Shown in pieces: positions 8,805 through 19,077 of a stretch of DNA of 64,000 nucleotides. A program made the position numbers and the translations under genes. Within the stretch, counting starts at the first letter, position 1; each line of letters starts with the position of its first letter. The notes beneath the pieces are model-generated. The model worked only from the letters and a program-made list of their open reading frames with translations. It did no database searches and was not told the DNA's origin. Source of the stretch: Myxococcales bacterium (GTDB lineage Bacteria; Myxococcota_A; Polyangia; Polyangiales; Polyangiaceae); contig JAYTOU010000017.1 of assembly GCA_043747615.1 (NCBI GenBank), positions 1 through 64,000 of the forward strand, in the 5' to 3' direction.

Positions 8805-10757
8805 ATGACGGAGGCGCTCGAAGCACGCATGGTCCGTCTTGCCGAGGCGATCGCCGGCGATCCGAGGGTACCTCTCGATGGCGTAACCCGGCCGCATCCG
8901 CTCCTCGTGATGCTGACCCGGGGGGCGCTGACGGTGCTCCTCGCACCGGCGCAAGTGTGGGACCGCGCGCGTGAGCTCTTCAAGCCGTTCACCGCGCGCT
9001 TCGCCGAGGGAACGGCGATGATGATCCTTCTTGGGTCACCGGCGGACGGCGACATCGAAAAGGCCATGAACAAGGGGCTGGCGAGCGTACTCCCCGCCGA
9101 GCCGACGGCGGACGAGCTGTACATCGCGCTGCACCGCACCTTCGAGCTCCTCGAGGCCAAGGGGCACGCTGAGAGCCGGGGAAAATGGCTCAATCGTTAC
9201 CGGTACGAGCTCGGTGAGCTCATCAACATCGCGCGGGCAGTGAGCTCCGAACGCGACGTGAACAAACTCCTCGGTGTCATTCTCGAGAGAAGTCGCTTCG
9301 TGACCGGCGCGGATGCCGGAAGCATCTACGTCGTCGAGGGCGACGAAAAAAATCCGGTCCTCCGCTTCAAGCTCACCCAGAACGATTCTCTGACCTTCGA
9401 CTCGCGCGAGTTCGTTATGCCGGTCTCCAACCGGTCCATTGCCGGAAGCGCGGCCCTCAAGAAGAAGCCCATCAACATCGCCGATGTCTACGATCTGCCG
9501 GCGGGCTCGCCCTATCACTTCGACAAAAGCTTCGACGAAAAAATCGGGTACGAGACGAAATCGATGCTCGTCGCTCCGCTGATTTCTCAGCGCGACGAAG
9601 TGATCGGCGTCATCCAACTCATTAACAAGAAGAAGGACACGGCGAGCAAGCTCCTCACCCACGCCGACGTGGAAGCGCAGGTCATTTCCTTCGACGATCG
9701 CAGCGAGGAGCTCCTCGGAATGGTCGCGGCGCAGGCCGGCGTCTCTCTCGAAAACACCATTCTCTACGGTGAAATTCGAGAGCTTTTCGAGGGATTCGTC
9801 AAGGCGAGCGTCGAGGCCATCGAGTCGCGGGATCCGACGACGAGCGGTCACTCACGACGGGTGGCCGATCTCACGGTGAACCTCGCTAAGGTCGTCGATG
9901 CCGAGAGCGCCGGCCCTTACAAGGACGCCTTCTTCAAGGCCGAGGATCTTCGCGAGCTCGAGTACGCGAGTCTCCTCCACGATTTTGGAAAGATTGGCGT
10001 CCGCGAGAAAGTGCTGGTCAAGGCGAAGAAGCTCTTCGACGAGCGCCTCGAGCTCATTCGAGCTCGCTTCGATTTCGTGAGCCGCACCGCGGAGGCCGAC
10101 GTCCTCACCCGCAAGGTGAAGGCCCTCGAGCGGCGTGCCCCGGCGAGCGAGCTCGAGGCTCTCGATCGCGAGCTCCTCGAGAGGCGACTCGAGCTCGACG
10201 ACGCGTACAAAGCCATCATCAGCGCGAACGAGCCCACCGTCCTCTCCGGCGGCGATTTCGAGAAGATCGAGAAGCTCGCGCGCGAGACGTACGCCGACAT
10301 GCGCGGGGACATCCGCCGCCTCCTTGACGACGATGAGGTCACCTGTCTGAGCGTGAAGCGGGGCTCGCTCACGGCGCAAGAGTTCGACGAGATCCGATCG
10401 CATGTATCCCACACGTATCGATTTCTCTCCCAGATTCCTTGGGGAAAGGCCTTTCGCCGCGTTCCGATCATTGCCGGAGCCCACCACGAGCGCTTGAACG
10501 GCACCGGCTACCCCGGCCGCCTCCGCGCCGAAGAGATCCCCGTGCAGTCGAAGATGATGTCGGTCGCCGACATCTACGACGCGCTCACCGCGAGCGATCG
10601 TCCGTACAAGAAAGCCGTTCCGCTCGAACGTGCGCTCGACATCCTCGGCTACGAAGTGAAGGACGGTCACCTCGATCCCGAGCTCGTGCGCATCTTCCGC
10701 GAGGCGCGGATCTGGGAGCGATGCGACTCGGCCCCGTTTTCGACGGCTTTTAGGTAG
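8805..10757 (+). CDS. GAF + HD-GYP phosphodiesterase (c-di-GMP type)
   Basis: GAF (GVIQLINK); HSRRVA, LLHDFGKIG, HHERLNGTGYP, ADIYDALTASDRPYK. Confidence 0.93.
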   Translation: MTEALEARMVRLAEAIAGDPRVPLDGVTRPHPLLVMLTRGALTVLLAPAQVWDRARELFKPFTARFAEGTAMMILLGSPADGDIEKAMNKGLASVLPAEPTADELYIALHRTFELLEAKGHAESRGKWLNRYRYELGELINIARAVSSERDVNKLLGVILERSRFVTGADAGSIYVVEGDEKNPVLRFKLTQNDSLTFDSREFVMPVSNRSIAGSAALKKKPINIADVYDLPAGSPYHFDKSFDEKIGYETKSMLVAPLISQRDEVIGVIQLINKKKDTASKLLTHADVEAQVISFDDRSEELLGMVAAQAGVSLENTILYGEIRELFEGFVKASVEAIESRDPTTSGHSRRVADLTVNLAKVVDAESAGPYKDAFFKAEDLRELEYASLLHDFGKIGVREKVLVKAKKLFDERLELIRARFDFVSRTAEADVLTRKVKALERRAPASELEALDRELLERRLELDDAYKAIISANEPTVLSGGDFEKIEKLARETYADMRGDIRRLLDDDEVTCLSVKRGSLTAQEFDEIRSHVSHTYRFLSQIPWGKAFRRVPIIAGAHHERLNGTGYPGRLRAEEIPVQSKMMSVADIYDALTASDRPYKKAVPLERALDILGYEVKDGHLDPELVRIFREARIWERCDSAPFSTAFR

Positions 10758-10786
10758 TCTCCGTGGTGCCGCTGTAGGATCCTCGT

Positions 10787-12358
10787 GTGGGAAATCCGAT
10801 GATCAAGTCGCTCGTCCGGAATCTGATTTGGACCGCAGCCTCGGCGTTGCTTCTTTTTTCGCAGCGCGCCGACGCCCAACCCGTGAAGGCGCAGGGTAGC
10901 TCGCCGACCCCGCTCCCACCAAAGACTCCGGACGATTTTCCGGGGCCCGATCCTTTTCGCACGCAAAATTCACAGGGAACGGGCACGGCCGGAAGCGCTC
11001 CCTACGGAGCATTTCCGCCAGGCGCGAGCGCTCCCGTGAGCCCGCCTCCGCCTCCCCCTTGGGCGAGCGCGCCTACCTCGACGAGCGGCAGTCAGCTCCT
11101 TCCGCCGACCGCCGCCGCGGCGCAGGGCAACGTCCTGGTCGACTCGGATCAGACGGCACGCCTGCAGGCGCTCGAAGCGCGGATTTCCGCGAACGAAGAC
11201 GTCGCCGCGCGAATGACCTCGCAGATGTCGTGGCTCAACAAGTTCAAGGCGTCGGGCTTCGTGCAACCGCAGTTCTTCGTCCAAACGTTCAACACCCCGG
11301 CGTCGCCGAACGCGGGAGCCATGGGTTTGCCCGCAGGAATAGGGGCGAACAGCGTGATCGCCCGCGCAGACGGCACGACCACCAACTCCGATTTTTTCCG
11401 TCTGCGGCGAGCGCGATTGAAGACGGAGTTCATGCCCACGGAGTACGCGCGGCTCGTCTTCGAGTTCGATCCGAACCTCTCGGGGGGCGCTGCAGCAGGC
11501 GTGGGAACCATCGCCCGCAACGTGGAGGCGGTGGGGATTGTGCCCTGGACGCGGAGCATGAAAACCGAGTTCGGAATGGGAATTTTCAAGGTCCCCTTCG
11601 GATACGAAATTCTTCAGTCAGACGCCGACCGTCCATTCATCGAGCGGAGCTGGGCGGAGCAAAATCTCTTTCCCGGCGAGTTCGACAACGGCGCGCGGGC
11701 GTACACGACGCTCCGGCGGTCGACGCTTCAGATCGCGGTCGTCAATGGTGCCACGATTGGCGAAAAGAATTTCGCGATCGTTCCCGATCTCAACCGTGGC
11801 AAAGACGTCGTAGCGCGGATCAACCAGGACTTCGGCGTCGGCGATCTCGGCGCGAGCTTCGACTACGGACAAGGCCAAGCGGTCGACCCAGCCGCCCTCA
11901 AATTCAAGCAGTTCCCTCGCTGGGGCCTGAACTTCGAGCTCGCCGTTCACCATCAGTTCGTGCGCGTGCTCGGGTCGACGAAATTCTTTGGCGAGCTCAC
12001 CTTGGCGAAGAACCTCGACCGCGGAACGAAGTACGCCTTCGCGCTTCCGCCAATCCCTCTCGACGTCGTGAACGGTTTTCTCCAGGACCGCGACGAACGC
12101 GGCGTGATGCTGCGGATCGAGCAGGACCTCACCCGCTGGGTCACTCTTGGCGCGCGCTACGATTTCTACTCGCCGGACACCGCGCAGAAGAACGATGGGC
12201 GCGATACCTATTCATTCGTTGCGGCGATCCACTTTACGAGAGGCTTGCAGTGGATGATCGAGTTCGATCACGCCATCGACAACGTGCATGTGCCAAACAC
12301 GCCTGCTCCGTCGAAGCAAATCGAGACGTTCTCGAGCGTTCTTCAAGCGCGGTTTTAA
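10787..12358 (+). CDS. Outer-membrane porin, OprO/OprP-like
   Basis: Signal peptide, Pro-rich linker, coiled coil; FRLRRARLK, GIFKVPFGYE, RPFIERS; C-terminal Phe. Confidence 0.75.
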   Translation: MGNPMIKSLVRNLIWTAASALLLFSQRADAQPVKAQGSSPTPLPPKTPDDFPGPDPFRTQNSQGTGTAGSAPYGAFPPGASAPVSPPPPPPWASAPTSTSGSQLLPPTAAAAQGNVLVDSDQTARLQALEARISANEDVAARMTSQMSWLNKFKASGFVQPQFFVQTFNTPASPNAGAMGLPAGIGANSVIARADGTTTNSDFFRLRRARLKTEFMPTEYARLVFEFDPNLSGGAAAGVGTIARNVEAVGIVPWTRSMKTEFGMGIFKVPFGYEILQSDADRPFIERSWAEQNLFPGEFDNGARAYTTLRRSTLQIAVVNGATIGEKNFAIVPDLNRGKDVVARINQDFGVGDLGASFDYGQGQAVDPAALKFKQFPRWGLNFELAVHHQFVRVLGSTKFFGELTLAKNLDRGTKYAFALPPIPLDVVNGFLQDRDERGVMLRIEQDLTRWVTLGARYDFYSPDTAQKNDGRDTYSFVAAIHFTRGLQWMIEFDHAIDNVHVPNTPAPSKQIETFSSVLQARF

Positions 12359-14544
12359 CCGGCCGCGTTTTTCGGTAACGGTCGCACCCGGGACCCCGAC
12401 TCTTCGATCGCCGCACAGACCGCGCGGGCGAGCTGGATCGTCGTGACGCACGGCACGCCGAAGGTGAGGGCTTGGCGACGCATGGCCTTGGTCCGCTCCG
12501 CGTCGTCGGTGGCGATGACGAACGAGACTTCTCCGGCCTCGAGGGCGCAGGCGATCCGCTCTTCGTCGAGGGTGGCATGAGGAATTCGTAGCGCCCCGAG
12601 GAGCGTACCGAGCGGGGCGTCGGTGAGAAGATCGAAGCCGACGGATCGGAGACGGCGGGCAAGCTCGGCCGCACCCGAACGATCCATGGCTCCAGGCACG
12701 ATCACCACGCTGCGATTCTTTGCCCGCTCGAGCGGACGCTCCAAACGAATGCCGATGCCGCGCAGCGCCTTGTGGTACGCCGCCGCGAGGGTCGACCCGA
12801 CGTTCATCGCTTCACCGACCGCGCGCGCCGTCGGCCCGAGCCCTGGCTCCGAGCCAGGCATTGCGGCGAATGGAAAAGAGCACTCGCGTGCAGCGACGTG
12901 GGCGGGCGCTGGCTCGTCTTCGAGCTCGAGCTCTTCGAGGGTCGCGCCCAGCGCAAGGCGAAGGCCGAGCGTGATGAGATCTCTCCCTGTTCCTTTCGCA
13001 ATGACGGAGAGGGCACTGCCAGCGCCGGCCCGTACGCCAAGGATCACTGGCTCACCATTCGCAAATGCGACCTCGACGCTGACGAGGCCTCGCGCACCGA
13101 GCGATTGCGCCGCTGTCCGTGCCGCCTCCTCGATCGCCCTCACGGTATCTTCGGGCAGCGAAAACGGCGGCAAAATGGCTGCGGAATCCCCCGGGTGGAC
13201 ACCCGCCCGCTCGACGTACTCGAGCACGCCAGCGAGGACTGCACGCCGTCCATCGGTAAAACACTCGACGCCGAGCTTGGGCGCACTCCGCAAGCTAGGC
13301 AGCGAGCGGTCCCCCTGACCGAGCGCGGCGGCACGCGACACGCTTGCTCCCGTGGTGCCGAGGAGCGCGAGACCCGAGGCCGCCAGGCTCTCCGCGAGCG
13401 CTAGCGCAGGCTCACCGCCGAGCTGGAGAACGACCCCCACCGGTTGCTCACGCGTGTAGACCGCAACCACTTCCGGTGCGGTGATGGGCACCGCGTACGA
13501 TCGGTCTGCGAGGAAAGGCGCGAGGGCATCGGGGTTCGTGTCGATGACCGCGACTTCATAGCCAAGGGCCTTTGCAGCAAGCACCCCACGGGCGACGCAC
13601 GCATCGGCCTCCATCCCTTGCCCAATAGAGACGGGACCTCCGCCGACGAGGAGGAGACGCGGACGTTGTCCTCGCGGAGGCACGGCCGACGGGGACTCGC
13701 CGACGATCTCGCGGCCAAAGCTCTTCATGTGCTCTCCGAGCGTGCGGTCAGCGCCGGGAAAGCGATCAAAAGAAAACACCGGTTCGCAGCGTAGCGGGCG
13801 CGTCGCGGCGGAAGTCGAGTGCGCAAAGCGACGCCCGATAGCTGCGAGGGCGCCGGCTTCCGCGACGGCATAGCCGCTTGCGCGCGCGAGGAGTGTGCTC
13901 GTGCGACCGCAGCCGAGACGGAGAGCTATGATCTTCGGTGGGCCATCGATCGAGAAGCGGACACTCGCGCAGCCGACGACCTCCAGCTTGGTGAGGAGCG
14001 CCTCGCCGAGAGTCTGCATGGCAGCGAGTTCGGCACTGGGGGGAAGGACGACGGCGATCGAGTCGCCCACGTGTACGGGAGCGCGCGCGAGGTATTCGAC
14101 GCTACCTACGACGAGTGTCCTCTCCGCTCCAAAGCGAACGAACTCAAGCTCGACGCGCCGCGCTCCCGCGATCTCTTGCGCGAACGCAAACGAGCGATCA
14201 AGCACGATTTTTCGCGTGGAAGCAGGTGCACCAAGGATCGTCCTGGAGTCGTCGAGGTGCGCGCAGGCCGCAAGGGCCGGCCTACCGCCGAACATCGGAA
14301 GGATCGCGTCGACGTTCTCGTGCGCTGCGATCGCGTCGATGGCGCTCGCCTCGATCGGCTCCGCGTAGCCCCGATCGGCGAGCTCGGTTGCCATCGCGTG
14401 CGGATTGGGATCGACGGCCACGACCCGCACCCCCTCACGACGGAGCGCGAGTGTCGCGAGTGCGGCCATCGTGGCCAGCTCTGCGCCGCACCCGATTGCC
14501 ACTGGACCTGCGCCGACGACGAGCACGGAGCGTAGCTCTTTCAT
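12355..14544 (-). CDS. Degenerate carbamoyl-phosphate synthase large-subunit (CarB)-like protein, 729 aa, probable pseudo-enzyme
   Basis: Two CPS halves (GAGPVAIG..E..; GGGPVSIGQGME; VHVGDS; GVHPGDS) plus MGS-like tail (VPCVTT); ATP-grasp lid regions and oligomerisation domain missing; ATGA overlap with argH. Confidence 0.8.
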   Translation of the reverse strand: MKELRSVLVVGAGPVAIGCGAELATMAALATLALRREGVRVVAVDPNPHAMATELADRGYAEPIEASAIDAIAAHENVDAILPMFGGRPALAACAHLDDSRTILGAPASTRKIVLDRSFAFAQEIAGARRVELEFVRFGAERTLVVGSVEYLARAPVHVGDSIAVVLPPSAELAAMQTLGEALLTKLEVVGCASVRFSIDGPPKIIALRLGCGRTSTLLARASGYAVAEAGALAAIGRRFAHSTSAATRPLRCEPVFSFDRFPGADRTLGEHMKSFGREIVGESPSAVPPRGQRPRLLLVGGGPVSIGQGMEADACVARGVLAAKALGYEVAVIDTNPDALAPFLADRSYAVPITAPEVVAVYTREQPVGVVLQLGGEPALALAESLAASGLALLGTTGASVSRAAALGQGDRSLPSLRSAPKLGVECFTDGRRAVLAGVLEYVERAGVHPGDSAAILPPFSLPEDTVRAIEEAARTAAQSLGARGLVSVEVAFANGEPVILGVRAGAGSALSVIAKGTGRDLITLGLRLALGATLEELELEDEPAPAHVAARECSFPFAAMPGSEPGLGPTARAVGEAMNVGSTLAAAYHKALRGIGIRLERPLERAKNRSVVIVPGAMDRSGAAELARRLRSVGFDLLTDAPLGTLLGALRIPHATLDEERIACALEAGEVSFVIATDDAERTKAMRRQALTFGVPCVTTIQLARAVCAAIEESGSRVRPLPKNAAG

Positions 14545-15836
14545 GGAGCCTCGCGCTCGCGCGCCAGACGGGCCCGCAGCTCGTCGAGCTGGAGATCCGC
14601 GCACGCCCCCGGCGATACCCGCGCCTTCAGACTCTCCTCCGGTGTCCGCGCCTCTGCGATTTTCTGCCGCGCGACATCTTGGTAGGCGTCGCGGAACGGC
14701 ACACCGCCCACCGCGAGCTCCATCGCCCGGTCGGTCGCGAACATCTCTGCGTCGATCGCCGCGCGCATCCGTTCGGGGACGAGCTCGAGATCGCTCACGA
14801 GACGGGGAACGAGCGCGAGGGCGCCCAGCGCATGGTCGGTGGCAGCGACGAACGGCGCTTTTGTTGCCTGGAGATCCCGGTGGTAGCCGCTCGGCAACCC
14901 GAGGACGCTCGAAATCTCGACCTGCGCGCCGAGGCCACGAGCGTACGCCGCGCGGAGAAGCTCGACGACGTCGGGGTTTCGTTTGTTGGGCATGATGGAA
15001 GAGCCGGTCATGAAGATGCTCGGGAGACGAACGAATCCAAACTCGGCAGACGTAAAGAGCGACAGATCCCAGGCGAGCCTTCGGACGTCGAGCATCGCCT
15101 GACCGACGGCGGAGAGAACCGCGAGCTCGTGCTTGCCGCGCGAGTTCTGCGCATACATCGGGTTCACCTGAAGGCGGCTGAAACCAAGCTCTTTGGCGAC
15201 CCCCTTTCGATCGAGGGGCAGGTTGACTCCGTATCCCGCGGCCGTGCCGAGAGGACAGGTGTCGAGCCAGGCGGCCGTCTTTCGCAAGAGCACGGCGTCA
15301 TCGAGAAACGACTCGGCAAACGCCGCAAGCCACAGACCCACGGATGAGGGCACCGCGCGCTGAAGATGCGTGTAGCCCGGCATTGGCAAAGCGCCGTCCT
15401 TCTCGGCTCGGTCGAGGAGTGCTTCGGCGATCGCGTGGGTAAGAGACGACGATTGGACAAGTCGATCGCGCATGTAAAGCCGCGTTGCGACCTGCACCTG
15501 GTCGTTGCGGCTGCGTCCCGTGTGCACGCGCCGGCCGAGCTCGCCAAGCTCACGCGTGAGCACGTCTTCGATCGCCGAGTGCCCATCTTCCCAGCGATGG
15601 TCGAGCACGAAGGTTCCGTCCTCAAACGCCGTGGCGAGAGCATCCAGGCTCACCGCGATTTTCTCGGCATCGGGCGCGGTCATTACGCTGATGCGGGCGA
15701 GGCCGCGTGCATGCGCCTTCGTTGCTTCGATGTCGAAGGGAAAAAGAGCGCGATCGGCGAGCACGTCTTCGCCCGCGAGAAACCTCTGGATGCGTGCGTC
15801 CACCGCGGTGTCGTCTTTTTGCCAGAGAAGCGTCAT
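14541..15836 (-). CDS. argH: Argininosuccinate lyase
   Basis: HTGRSRNDQV, PGYTHLQRA, TGSSIMPNKRNPD. Confidence 0.97.
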   Translation of the reverse strand: MTLLWQKDDTAVDARIQRFLAGEDVLADRALFPFDIEATKAHARGLARISVMTAPDAEKIAVSLDALATAFEDGTFVLDHRWEDGHSAIEDVLTRELGELGRRVHTGRSRNDQVQVATRLYMRDRLVQSSSLTHAIAEALLDRAEKDGALPMPGYTHLQRAVPSSVGLWLAAFAESFLDDAVLLRKTAAWLDTCPLGTAAGYGVNLPLDRKGVAKELGFSRLQVNPMYAQNSRGKHELAVLSAVGQAMLDVRRLAWDLSLFTSAEFGFVRLPSIFMTGSSIMPNKRNPDVVELLRAAYARGLGAQVEISSVLGLPSGYHRDLQATKAPFVAATDHALGALALVPRLVSDLELVPERMRAAIDAEMFATDRAMELAVGGVPFRDAYQDVARQKIAEARTPEESLKARVSPGACADLQLDELRARLAREREAP

Positions 15837-16711
15837 GGTTCGAGCCCCGCACGCTCATCGTGTCCGGTCATGAGGTTTAGATTGCGGAGCGCTTGGGTCG
15901 CAGCACCGCCGAGAAGGTTGTCGATGGTAGCAACGAGGGCGAAGCTTTTTCGATCGACCGACACCTCGAGACCGCCGACGCGAACCTCGTGGCTGAGGGC
16001 GACGTCGCGAACGAGCGGCGCTTCGTCGCTCACTCGGACCAGCGGCTCGTTTTCGTAGCGAGACAGAAGCAGCTCCTGGAGCTCCGCCTGCTCGTGCGGG
16101 GCGCGCAGCACGAAGGAGAGCGTGACGCTGACGCCGCGAAAAAAAGGCGCGACGTGCGGGAGGAGACGCACGGGATGGCCGAGCTGACGGGTGACCTCGC
16201 GCTCGTGAACGTGATCGACGAGCGCGTACGGAAGCAAATTGTCTCGCAGGATCTCGGGATCATTCTTCGGGGACGGCGTCGACCCCGAGCCGCTGAACCC
16301 GCTCACACCGAAGACGTGCACCAGACCCCCGAGAAGGGGAACGAAGGGGAGAATCGCGAGCTGCATCGCCGTCGCGTAGCAGCCGGGGTTGGCTACGCGG
16401 AGGGCTCCGCGAATGGTGGCGCGATGCCGCTCCGGTTGGCCATACGTCCACGCATCATCGAAGCGATGGTCGGCGCTGAGATCGACGACAGGGCAGCCCG
16501 GCGCGATGTTCTCGAGCCACGGCGCGCTCTTGTCGTTGGGAAGCGCAAGGACCACGGCGTCGAGCTTTTCCGTCGAGAGCGCCGCGGGGCTCGAGGTCGA
16601 CGACGTCGCCAGCCCAAGCTCGAAGTCTGGATGGCCCGCGAGCAAGCGAACGAGCTCACGACCGGCGTAACCGCGCGCGCCGATGAGTCCGATGCGCAAT
16701 TTCGCTGTCAC
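15833..16711 (-). CDS. argC: N-acetyl-gamma-glutamyl-phosphate reductase
   Basis: GARGYAG, DLSADHRF, ANPGCYAT, SGFSGSG, IDNLLGGAA; GTG start. Confidence 0.95.
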   Translation of the reverse strand: MTAKLRIGLIGARGYAGRELVRLLAGHPDFELGLATSSTSSPAALSTEKLDAVVLALPNDKSAPWLENIAPGCPVVDLSADHRFDDAWTYGQPERHRATIRGALRVANPGCYATAMQLAILPFVPLLGGLVHVFGVSGFSGSGSTPSPKNDPEILRDNLLPYALVDHVHEREVTRQLGHPVRLLPHVAPFFRGVSVTLSFVLRAPHEQAELQELLLSRYENEPLVRVSDEAPLVRDVALSHEVRVGGLEVSVDRKSFALVATIDNLLGGAATQALRNLNLMTGHDERAGLEP

Positions 16712-16712
16712 C

Positions 16713-18047
16713 TCAGACCACCTTCGGGGGAGGCGTGCTCTCGGGCTCCTCCAGCGTCGCAGGGAGGTCAAGCGCGCAGCCGACGCATTTTTCGATTTCG
16801 GGAAACGCCCACATGCCGCACCAGAACACCCACCAGCGATCGCTCTTGTACAGGCCATCGGCATTTTGCGCGTACCAGGTGTTGATCGGATTCGAAGAAC
16901 GCGCGCGCCAGAAGAGCTTCGGATGATCCCGTCGGAACCGCTGCCAGATCGAGCCGCCGAGGCCTTCGCCTTGCGCCTCGGGGGTGACCGCGAATTTGTC
17001 GAGGTAGGGAACGTCACCTTCGAGAGTGACTATGGCCGCGGCCCGGTAGGAGTCGGTCACGTATATCGCTGAAGGGCGCTTTTTCTCGAAGTACGATGAG
17101 TGCAGGCGGCGTCCGAAACACTCCTCCACGAGAGCGCGCAGGCGCGGAAGGTCGAGCTCGTCGAAGCTCGCGAAGCGACGTACGCGCTCGCCGAGGCGCA
17201 CCAGCGTTCCGGCACCGTGGTGCGTGAAGAGCTCTTTCGCCAGGTTCTCGGGTGAGGTGATGGAGACCGACGCCGACGGAAGCTCGGTGAGCATCGCCGC
17301 GATCTCCCCCAGGCGCCGCCGCGAATCTTCGGGCAGCGCGGGATCGCCGACGAGCTCATCGTAGTCTTCGGCGAGGTTGACGGCGGAGCGAATGCGGCCG
17401 TGCGCGTCGAGGAGCCCGCCACCTTGGTTCAGATAGACGATCTTGTGTGGACGCATCGTGAGGGCCAGCGCACGCGCGGCAAGATGGGCATGGACGACGA
17501 CGATCTGTCCCCCCGCCGTCTCCCCGAGCGGGGTGACCACGGGCAAATATCCTCCACGCGCCGCCGACACGATCGGCGCATCGTGCACGCGGGTGATTTC
17601 GCCGACCAGGCCGAGAGCTTGATTCTGCGTCACGCGAGCCTCGAAGATCCCCGAGGTGAAAGGGCGTGCGCGTGTCCCGAGGGCTTCGAGGGCTTCGACG
17701 AGAGTGTGGTTCACTTCGTAGAAGACGCGCCGCGCGACCTCGAGAACAGCGGGGCTCATCGGCCGAAGTCCGTCGGCCCAAGGCGCATTGATCCCCGCGG
17801 CCTCGAGCGCGCGATCGAGCTGGGGCGCCCCGCCGTGCACGACCACCGGTAGGAGGCCGACCTGCTGAAGAAAGGCGAGCGACGAGGCGAGATCCTCGAT
17901 GTTGAGGTCGAGAACGCTGCCGCTCACTTTCACGACGGCGAGCTTTGGCGCTCCCGCGCTGGCGTAGTTGCGGAGATACTGCTCGACCTCCTTGCGGCTG
18001 CCGATGTTGGAGAGAAGCTTGACGATGACGTTCTGCGTGTTGTTCAT
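16713..18047 (-). CDS. argB: Acetylglutamate kinase with C-terminal NAT (DUF619) domain; bifunctional NAGS-K (ArgA-B) type
   Basis: KEVEQYLR, VVKVSG, VVHGGAPQ, ELFTHHGAGT; C-terminal YLDKFAV..QGEGLG..LFWRAR..NPINTWY. Confidence 0.92.
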   Translation of the reverse strand: MNNTQNVIVKLLSNIGSRKEVEQYLRNYASAGAPKLAVVKVSGSVLDLNIEDLASSLAFLQQVGLLPVVVHGGAPQLDRALEAAGINAPWADGLRPMSPAVLEVARRVFYEVNHTLVEALEALGTRARPFTSGIFEARVTQNQALGLVGEITRVHDAPIVSAARGGYLPVVTPLGETAGGQIVVVHAHLAARALALTMRPHKIVYLNQGGGLLDAHGRIRSAVNLAEDYDELVGDPALPEDSRRRLGEIAAMLTELPSASVSITSPENLAKELFTHHGAGTLVRLGERVRRFASFDELDLPRLRALVEECFGRRLHSSYFEKKRPSAIYVTDSYRAAAIVTLEGDVPYLDKFAVTPEAQGEGLGGSIWQRFRRDHPKLFWRARSSNPINTWYAQNADGLYKSDRWWVFWCGMWAFPEIEKCVGCALDLPATLEEPESTPPPKVV

Positions 18048-19072
18048 CGCGACGCGCTTTGAAGGATGCGGGCGTAGGTCTCGCTCGCTTCGGCGAGCAT
18101 CGCCAGATCGACGTATTCGTCGGGCGCGTGCGCTTCGGTAATCCGTCCCGGGCCGTACACGAGGGCGGGGTATCCGGCCGCCGAGAAGATCGCCGCCTCC
18201 GTCCAGAAATCGACCGGCTCGCCAAGCGCGAGATGCCACGAAAGAGCCATCTTCCGAGCACTTTCTTGCGCCTGAAAGGATCCGCCGAGAAACCCAAGAC
18301 GGAAATCCGTTCCCGCTTCCGCCAGCGCTGCGACCTCTTCGAGCACAGCGCGCGGATCAATACCGGGAGGTGGACGTACCCCGAAGCGGGCCTCGGCGCG
18401 CGCGGCGATCATGTTCGGCTTCTCGCCCCCTTCGATGCGTCCCAAGTTGAAACGAATCGACGCTCGCGACTCGGTGTGAGCGAGAGCCCGCGCCGACCAC
18501 CGCACGAGTGCGTGATTCGCGCTCGACCCGCCCATCGACGAGTGCCCTGACTTTCCGTGAAACGTGAGCGTGCCGGTCGCGACTCCGCGATGGGCGAGCA
18601 CGGCGCGGCACTGCGTTGGCTCCGAGACGACAACGAGATCGAACGGCATTTTTCGAGCGGCGAATGACGTCGCGCAGCGCGCAGTGCCTGCTTCTTCGTC
18701 GGTCGTCAGAAGAAGCGCGACGGGCGCATCGCTCGTCTCGATCGCGGCAAGAAGCGCCGCTGCGGCCCCCTTCGTGTCGCACGCCCCAAGGCCGTAGGCG
18801 CGTGCTGCGTCGACGTGGAGCTTGAACGGATCGCGGCTCCAGCCCGGCGAAACAGGCACCGTATCGAGGTGCACGTTAAAGAGCACCCGGGCGTCACCGC
18901 GGCGCGCAAGGAGTGACTGGCATCCTTCGCGGTGATCGGTGACCTCCACGGACAGCCGCGGCTCGAGCTCGCGCACCAGACGCTCGATGAGCGCTTCCGG
19001 ACGACGCGGTGGATTCGTCGTGTCATACGCGACGAGCCACTCGAGATGCGCGAGCACGCGATCGACGGACAT
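18044..19072 (-). CDS. argE: Acetylornithine/acetylcitrulline deacetylase (M20)
   Basis: NVHLDTVP, GLGACDTKG, TDEE, FWTEA, AHAPDE; inside the arg operon. Confidence 0.93.
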   Translation of the reverse strand: MSVDRVLAHLEWLVAYDTTNPPRRPEALIERLVRELEPRLSVEVTDHREGCQSLLARRGDARVLFNVHLDTVPVSPGWSRDPFKLHVDAARAYGLGACDTKGAAAALLAAIETSDAPVALLLTTDEEAGTARCATSFAARKMPFDLVVVSEPTQCRAVLAHRGVATGTLTFHGKSGHSSMGGSSANHALVRWSARALAHTESRASIRFNLGRIEGGEKPNMIAARAEARFGVRPPPGIDPRAVLEEVAALAEAGTDFRLGFLGGSFQAQESARKMALSWHLALGEPVDFWTEAAIFSAAGYPALVYGPGRITEAHAPDEYVDLAMLAEASETYARILQSASR

Positions 19073-19077
19073 CGAAC

